Source of the DNA: a candidate division FCPU426 bacterium
GTDB lineage: Bacteria; Oederibacteriota; Muellerivitia; Muellerivitales; Muellerivitaceae
Direction: 5' to 3'
Assembly: GCA_963719085.1 (NCBI GenBank)
Contig: CAVRAL010000004.1
Location: forward strand, 1,223,078 to 1,287,077
Length of the DNA: 64,000 nucleotides
In this document: piece after piece, positions 58,022 to 64,000 of the stretch
Layout: each line of letters starts with the position of its first letter
Position numbering within the stretch: position 1 is the stretch's first letter
Made by a program: the position numbers and the translations under genes
Notes under the pieces: generated by a model
Databases searched by the model: none
The model's input: the letters and a program-made list of their open reading frames with translations, nothing else
What the model was told of the DNA's origin: nothing

Positions 58022-60859
58022 ATGAAGAGCCATAAGCTGTTTAATATATCGAGACCTTTTTCATTCCTTCTCGCTTTTTGTTTTTGGACAGGGCTGGGAG
58101 CTTTTCATTCCTTGTGCGCCCAAACTTTCCTTCAAAACCCCGTGAACGTGGCCAACGCCTCGCCGGGCGCGCCGATCACTTATAGCTTCAGTTTCTCAAA
58201 CGCTGCCGCCTTGGCCAATTGCACTGATAATTTTGAGGGCTATACGGTGGGAGGCTCTCCTTCCAATTCGAACTGGGTCAGTTCGGGTGGAACTTGGACG
58301 GAGGTAACGGACAACGGTCCTACTTCCACCGGGACGCAAGCGGTCAGCGGCGTGGCCGCGACCAGCACCTTTCCCAACTTGCTCGATGTTTGCGCCGGGC
58401 AAGTGGGGGATGGTTCCATCCAAGCCGACGTCAAAATCGGCGCTCCGGTTACTCAACAGGCCACGCTTCTTTGGCGATTTACGGGCAGTGATACGCCTAC
58501 CTTTACAAACGGTTCCAGTTACCAGTTGATCGTCGGGATTGGGTTCCTTGTTGTGGGCTATTACGACGCTTCAGCCAATCTTTTTACCTCCATGGGTACG
58601 ATCCCCGAGGCATCCATCACGACCAATAGTTGGCATACCGTCAAGTTGCAAGCGACTGGATCGGGCACGGTGACCCTGGCCATTTCCCTGGATGGCGCGG
58701 CGGTCACGACGGTGGTGTCGGGCACTGTCGCGGGCAACACGCCGACCAACCCCATCAATTCAGGCTTCGCCGGTCTTCAGGTCAATTCGGGCAGCGACGT
58801 GGAATTTGATAATGTCATCATCCAGCGATCGCCGCAAATTTACGGGGCCACCATCACGGATACCTTGCCGGCTGGTTTGACTTATGTTTCTTCCGGGCAA
58901 TCCACCGGAATACCCGCGCCGACGGTAACGGGCCAAAAGGTTATTTGGAATTTGGGGAATCCAGCGGCCAGTTTCACGGGGGCGGTCACGGTTTCGGGAA
59001 CCGTTAATAATTGCGGCGTGACCCTGACCAATACGGGGGAAGCGGATACCAATACGCCCCGCTACAACATCGTTTCCAACGCGGTGGCGACCACTATCAT
59101 CGCTTGCACTCCGACGGTAACCTTGACACCCACGACCACCCCGACCCCGACGGCTTCCGCGACCGCCACGCCGACAGCGACGCTGACACAGACCTTTACG
59201 CCGACCATTACCTTAACCGCCTCCTCAACCGCTACGCCCACAGTGACGCCGACGGTCACCTTGACCTATACACCAACGCCTACCGTGACATTGACTCAGA
59301 CTTCAACGCCAACGGTAACGTTTACGCCAACCGCCTCGCCTACTGTTACGGCGACGGCGACCCAAACGAACACCCTAACGTCCACGGTTACGCCAACCCT
59401 AACCTTCACGCCGAGTTTTACGGTTACGCTGACGCCTACCGCGACCTTCACGAACACGCCGACACCTACCGTGACACCCACTCAGACGTTTACGCCAACC
59501 GCCTCGCCTACCGTTACGGCGACGGCGACCGTAACGAACACCCTAACGTCCACGATTACGCCAACCCTAACCTTCACGGCGAGTTTCACGTCCACGCCGA
59601 CGCCTTCCGCGACCTTCACAAACACACAGACACCTACAGTAACCGAGACTCCGACATTTACGCCAACCGCCTCACCTACGGTTACTACGACGGCGACCCT
59701 AACGGCCACGGTTACTCCAACGCTGACCTTCACGCCGATTTTCACGGCCACGTTGACAACGACCGCGACTTTCACGAACACGCCGACACCTACCGTGACG
59801 CCGACTCAGACGTTCACACCAACCTCCTCGCCTACCGTTACGTTGACAGCGACCTTGACGAATACTTTAACCGCCTCCGACACAGCGACACTGACTCAAA
59901 CCCCAACGCCGACTGAAAGCGCGACATTTACGCAGACCTTGACCCAAACCCCGACGGTCACGCCAACCGACTCCACTACTTTTACACCGACGGTGAGCGA
60001 TACAGCGACCCTCACTCAAACTCCAACTGCCTCGCCTACGGGTTCGGCAACGCCGACGACAAGTTTGACGATGACGGCGACCAACACACCCACCATGACT
60101 TGGACCCCGACGGTTACCCGCACGGGCACTGTGACTTGGACGCCAACCGATACGGCGACAGTGACCAGGACTCCTTCGGTGACTTCGACGGCGTCGCCCA
60201 CGGCGACGGCGACCGTTACGCCTCCGGGGGGATTGACCTTTACGCCCACTCCCACCGGGATTTTTCAGTTGGTTCAAATTTTTGATACCCGGGGCGAATT
60301 GATCCGGCAACTGTCCGGAACGAATCTTTATTCAAACCCCTCCCAGTTGACTTTGTTTCTTTCGATCTTCACGCCGAATCCCTCGGGCCAGGGGGGGAGC
60401 GTGACCATTTCGCTGGACCAGCAAGTGGTGACGGTTTGGGACGCCCGCGACGCGCAAGGCCATTGGGTCGCGAACGGGGTTTATCAGATTTTGGTCGAGG
60501 AAAAATCGGGGTCGAACAGTTATTTCTATTCCCAAAATATTTCAATCATGGCTCAAAGCCAGGTTTCTCAATCGGGGTTAAAGGCCGCGCCTAATTTGGC
60601 CTATTCGGGGGATCAGGTCCATTTGACTGCGACGATTGAGGGTCAACCGGCGAACGCGCCGGCCGTCATCAAAATCTACACCTTGTTCGGCGAATTGGTT
60701 CGAACTTTGCCTTTAAGCGGGGGACAAGCGGTTTGGGACCTTCAAACCCGGGCGAACGCGTCCGTGGCTTCAGGTTTATATTTCGCGGTCTTGGACGGGG
60801 TGGACAGTTTGACGGGTCGTCCGATCGAAAAATCGGTTAAAATCATCGTTCTTCGCTAG
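58022..60859 (+). CDS. Large secreted surface protein: beta-sandwich and DUF11-like domains, long Thr/Pro repeat, FlgD/T9SS-like C-terminal domains
   Basis: Signal peptide; [14 protein letters not shown]; ~380-aa TPT repeat; WDARD..G..VANGVY and [15 protein letters not shown]....ASGLY. Confidence 0.85.
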   Translation: MKSHKLFNISRPFSFLLAFCFWTGLGAFHSLCAQTFLQNPVNVANASPGAPITYSFSFSNAAALANCTDNFEGYTVGGSPSNSNWVSSGGTWTEVTDNGPTSTGTQAVSGVAATSTFPNLLDVCAGQVGDGSIQADVKIGAPVTQQATLLWRFTGSDTPTFTNGSSYQLIVGIGFLVVGYYDASANLFTSMGTIPEASITTNSWHTVKLQATGSGTVTLAISLDGAAVTTVVSGTVAGNTPTNPINSGFAGLQVNSGSDVEFDNVIIQRSPQIYGATITDTLPAGLTYVSSGQSTGIPAPTVTGQKVIWNLGNPAASFTGAVTVSGTVNNCGVTLTNTGEADTNTPRYNIVSNAVATTIIACTPTVTLTPTTTPTPTASATATPTATLTQTFTPTITLTASSTATPTVTPTVTLTYTPTPTVTLTQTSTPTVTFTPTASPTVTATATQTNTLTSTVTPTLTFTPSFTVTLTPTATFTNTPTPTVTPTQTFTPTASPTVTATATVTNTLTSTITPTLTFTASFTSTPTPSATFTNTQTPTVTETPTFTPTASPTVTTTATLTATVTPTLTFTPIFTATLTTTATFTNTPTPTVTPTQTFTPTSSPTVTLTATLTNTLTASDTATLTQTPTPTESATFTQTLTQTPTVTPTDSTTFTPTVSDTATLTQTPTASPTGSATPTTSLTMTATNTPTMTWTPTVTRTGTVTWTPTDTATVTRTPSVTSTASPTATATVTPPGGLTFTPTPTGIFQLVQIFDTRGELIRQLSGTNLYSNPSQLTLFLSIFTPNPSGQGGSVTISLDQQVVTVWDARDAQGHWVANGVYQILVEEKSGSNSYFYSQNISIMAQSQVSQSGLKAAPNLAYSGDQVHLTATIEGQPANAPAVIKIYTLFGELVRTLPLSGGQAVWDLQTRANASVASGLYFAVLDGVDSLTGRPIEKSVKIIVLR

Positions 60860-61064
60860 CGGGCCCTCTTTTCATCACTTGTACCCAAAAAAATCAACAT
60901 TTTTGACTTTTTGACCTTCAGAAATGGGCTATTTATATGGGTTTTATTTAAGGTAAACTTTTACCCTTTTATTTTGAAAATCTTCTGATATTATTTTCCC
61001 CAGGTTAATAGTTTAACATTAAACTCTTTCGACATCTCTCGACACTTTTTGAAGCTGGGTAGCC

Positions 61065-64000
61065 ATGACGAAACGATTTAAAAAAAATTTGAGTTTCCTT
61101 TTTTCGCTCTTTGAGGTTTTCACTTCAAAGTCCCTAAAATCGTTTTGTTCCTTTTCCTCAATTAAAAAAATATCCATTTTAAAAACAGCAATGTTTTTGT
61201 CCGCTGTTTTTTTCGCTTGTTCCCCGGTGAAAGCGCAGACCTGTCCCAATTGGATTTTAGTGGGAGACTCGACGGGTTCCGGTACGGCGGTCACCTTGAC
61301 GACGGCCGCCGCAGGCGAAAGCGGAGCCTGCTGGAACAACACTCCCATCGACCTGACCCAAAATTTCACGATGAACTTCACGGCTTATTTTGGAGCCGCC
61401 GGCGGCGCGGACGGAATTAACTTCGTCCTGCAGGATGACCCACGGGGAACCTCGGCCATCAGCGGGAACGGACAACCTTGCGGCGCTTGCCGCGGCTATA
61501 CGGGTGTCAGCCCCATCGCGCCCTCGGTGGCTTTTGGAATCGCGGATTACCAAACCAACGGCGTTTTGCAGCCGTTGGAAAATGGGTTGACGAACAGCGT
61601 TTGTGGTTTTGTGGGGACGGGCGTTTCGTGCCCCTATACCTTTACCAGCAGCATCCAAAATTCGGGAACCCACGCTTACACGGTGAGCTGGGACCATGTT
61701 AATAAAATACTCACGCTTCAAATTGTGGATTCGGCCGGCGTCACTCGTACCATGACTTACGACCGGGATTTGATCAATGCCGTGTTTGGCGGACAGACCC
61801 AGGTCTTTTATGGTTTTACCGCGGGCACAGGCGGCTCGGACAATATCCAATACATCGCGGGCGGCACCTGCTCCACTCCGACGCCGACCCCGACCTGTTC
61901 CGCGGCCACCACGGTTGGTTTGTCAACCGTCGGCGCGAATAACAGCACGAACCTTCAAGGAAATATAAACGCCAATCCGTGCACACTGGCCACCGGCATG
62001 GCTTTTTCGGCGATGTCCCTCGAGGTGGTCGGGGCCACGGCGGCGACGGAGGTCTTGGGCATTTATACCGATAACGGCGGCGTCCCCGGAAATCTCATCA
62101 CCCAGAGCGCCCAAAAAGCGGTAACGGTTGGTTGGAACACCTTTAGCATTCCCCCGACAAATCTTAACGCCGGCACCTATTGGCTGGCGTTTTATTCCGC
62201 TGGAACGGCCGTGACGGTGGCTTACGCCACGGGTGGAAATAGTCAATCGGTATCGGTGACGAACGGGCCTCTGAACGGCATGACAACCTCTTTTGGAACC
62301 GGCACCGCGGGAACTAACGCTTATTCACTTTACGCCGTCAGCTGTCCCGGGGGGCCTTACGCCACCTGGACCCCGACTTTTACCTATACGCCCACGATTA
62401 CTCAAACCCCAACCGTTACGCTGACGCCCACCAATACGCCTTATATTACTTGTCCGACCAGCTTCAATGAGGCGGTTAGCTTTAACAACGGCGGAAATAA
62501 CACCACCAACAACGCCACGTTGGCCTTGACGATTCCCACCACCCTGGTCAATCCGATTTTGATTGTTCAAATGACCACGCAAAACAACGCTACCGGAATC
62601 AGTTCTTGCGCCTATAACGGGGTTGCCTTAACGCCTGCCATGGCGGTTTCGACTGGAACTGGCGGCGACGCGAATTATACCTATTACCTACCGGGATCCC
62701 AGCTTCCCACCGATGGCTTGAGCCATAATCTCGCGGTGACTTTTAGTGGAAGCCATCGGGTCGCTGTTGGTGCCATGGTTTTTGGGGGAGTGAGTCAAAC
62801 CAATCCTATCGGCAATACATCTAATTTGACGGTTGCCAGTTTGAATCCCAGCATGGCTTTTCAAACCAGTCAGAAAAATAGTTTCATCATCGCGTTCGCC
62901 CATTCTTACAGCGCGACAGCGATTACCCCGGCGGGCGCTCAAACCCAGGCCTGGATTGAACCCAATAATGGAAATAGGGATTCAGAAGGCGATTATCAAA
63001 CCGCTGGGGCGGTTGGCTCTTATTCAGTAACCTATACTGCCGGAAACGCCAATTGTGATATCCAGGCCATCGAGTTATACCCCGCCAATTGTAATCCGAC
63101 CGCGACGCCCACGCCCACCCAGACACTCACTCCGACGATTACGCCGACCTTCACTCAGACTTTGACGCCGTCCTCAACCCCCACCCTCACGCCGACGGCG
63201 ACGCCGACAGTGACGATGACAACGACCTTCACGACCACGCCGACCCAAACCCCCACCCTCACGCCGACGGTGACTTTGACGGCGACGAAGACTCCGACCA
63301 TCACCCTCACGCCGACCTTGACGCCGACGGTGACCTTAACCCAGACTCCGACCTTCACCGTGACGCCGACTCCAACAGTGACTTTAACCCAGACTCCGAC
63401 GGTTACCCTGACTCAAACCCCGACCGTCACGAATACGGCGACCTACACGCGCACTAGCACACCGACGGTCACCAATACTTTAACGAATACCCCGACAGTG
63501 ACCAACACGCCAACCGGCACGCCTACGAATACGCCGACCGTCACCAACACTCCGACGAGTACGCCGACTAAGACGCCGACGGTGACGAATACGCCGACAA
63601 ACACTCCGACGGTTACCAATACGCCAACGAACACACCTACGAATACCCCCACTGTGACGAATACTTTGACGAACACGCCCACTAGCACACCGACCGTGAC
63701 CAATACTCCGACGAACACACCGACGAATACTCCAACGGTCACGAACACTCCGACCAACACACCCACGAATACGCCGACAGTCACCAATACTCCAACGAAC
63801 ACACCTACCAATACGCCGACAGTAACGAACACCCCAACTAAGACGCCTACCAACACACCGACGGTAACCAATACTCCGACGAACACGCCTACGAACACTC
63901 CAACGATCACCAATACGCCGACCAGCACGCCGACGAATACGCCGACAGTGACGAACACCCCAACCAACACGCCTACGAACACTCCGACGGTTACCATCGC
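61065..64000 (+). CDS. Large secreted surface protein with N-terminal L-type lectin-like domain and Thr/Asn/Pro repeats; 3'-truncated by the window edge and absent from the ORF track
   Basis: Manual translation from ATG 61065: [13 protein letters not shown]...[28 protein letters not shown]; the same frame carries the TNTP repeats up to 64000. Confidence 0.85.
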   Translation, partial: MTKRFKKNLSFLFSLFEVFTSKSLKSFCSFSSIKKISILKTAMFLSAVFFACSPVKAQTCPNWILVGDSTGSGTAVTLTTAAAGESGACWNNTPIDLTQNFTMNFTAYFGAAGGADGINFVLQDDPRGTSAISGNGQPCGACRGYTGVSPIAPSVAFGIADYQTNGVLQPLENGLTNSVCGFVGTGVSCPYTFTSSIQNSGTHAYTVSWDHVNKILTLQIVDSAGVTRTMTYDRDLINAVFGGQTQVFYGFTAGTGGSDNIQYIAGGTCSTPTPTPTCSAATTVGLSTVGANNSTNLQGNINANPCTLATGMAFSAMSLEVVGATAATEVLGIYTDNGGVPGNLITQSAQKAVTVGWNTFSIPPTNLNAGTYWLAFYSAGTAVTVAYATGGNSQSVSVTNGPLNGMTTSFGTGTAGTNAYSLYAVSCPGGPYATWTPTFTYTPTITQTPTVTLTPTNTPYITCPTSFNEAVSFNNGGNNTTNNATLALTIPTTLVNPILIVQMTTQNNATGISSCAYNGVALTPAMAVSTGTGGDANYTYYLPGSQLPTDGLSHNLAVTFSGSHRVAVGAMVFGGVSQTNPIGNTSNLTVASLNPSMAFQTSQKNSFIIAFAHSYSATAITPAGAQTQAWIEPNNGNRDSEGDYQTAGAVGSYSVTYTAGNANCDIQAIELYPANCNPTATPTPTQTLTPTITPTFTQTLTPSSTPTLTPTATPTVTMTTTFTTTPTQTPTLTPTVTLTATKTPTITLTPTLTPTVTLTQTPTFTVTPTPTVTLTQTPTVTLTQTPTVTNTATYTRTSTPTVTNTLTNTPTVTNTPTGTPTNTPTVTNTPTSTPTKTPTVTNTPTNTPTVTNTPTNTPTNTPTVTNTLTNTPTSTPTVTNTPTNTPTNTPTVTNTPTNTPTNTPTVTNTPTNTPTNTPTVTNTPTKTPTNTPTVTNTPTNTPTNTPTITNTPTSTPTNTPTVTNTPTNTPTNTPTVTI
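63103..64000 (+). repeat. Coding low-complexity tandem repeat (TPT.. then [10 protein letters not shown])
   Basis: Directly visible acNaayacNccN repeats with synonymous variation. Confidence 0.9.

Noticed and set aside
63155..63997. Val/Gly-rich minus-strand ORFs (also 22211-22627 and 59062-60255)
   Set aside because: Reverse-complement reading of Thr/Pro repeats

Overview
A 64 kb bacterial chromosomal segment, mostly GC-rich, from a diderm organism (TonB-dependent receptor, outer-membrane barrels). The Thr/Pro-repeat surface proteins with FlgD/T9SS-like C-termini suggest an uncultured lineage such as FCPU426; this is inference and was not checked. From left to right: (1) the end of a chemosensory operon (cheA 3' end, TonB-dependent receptor, YfiR-family protein, CHASE8-type chemoreceptor, cheW, cheR, cheD, two response regulators); (2) photolyase, cysteine desulfurase, a second MCP, and pgi flanked by GIY-YIG-associated palindromic repeats; (3) class II ribonucleotide reductase nrdJ under a TTGACA promoter with tandem NrdR boxes; (4) an accessory stretch (~19-33 kb) of secreted/membrane hypotheticals, an adenylate cyclase and a gene-duplication scar; (5) piuC-like, fluC/DUF190, DUF4912-GH57-ROK glycogen genes, ilvD, bcp, dapF; (6) a minus-strand glycosylation cluster (UDP-GlcA decarboxylase, B12 radical SAM with CX12CX2C, flippase-like protein, GT2, two YfhO-like GT-C proteins, FkbM); (7) DksA-like, lemA, an HtpX fusion and two large Thr/Pro-repeat surface proteins, the last running off the end. 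I found no rRNA, tRNA, CRISPR array, prophage or intact transposase. Best leads: a TBDR-YfiR-CHASE8 trans-envelope module wired to a chemoreceptor; an unidentified tandem structured RNA candidate (39425-39632) with pairing-preserving changes, antisense to the ilvD 3' side; and a glycosylation cluster that may modify the mucin-like surface proteins. All family assignments come from motif recognition by eye, not database searches.
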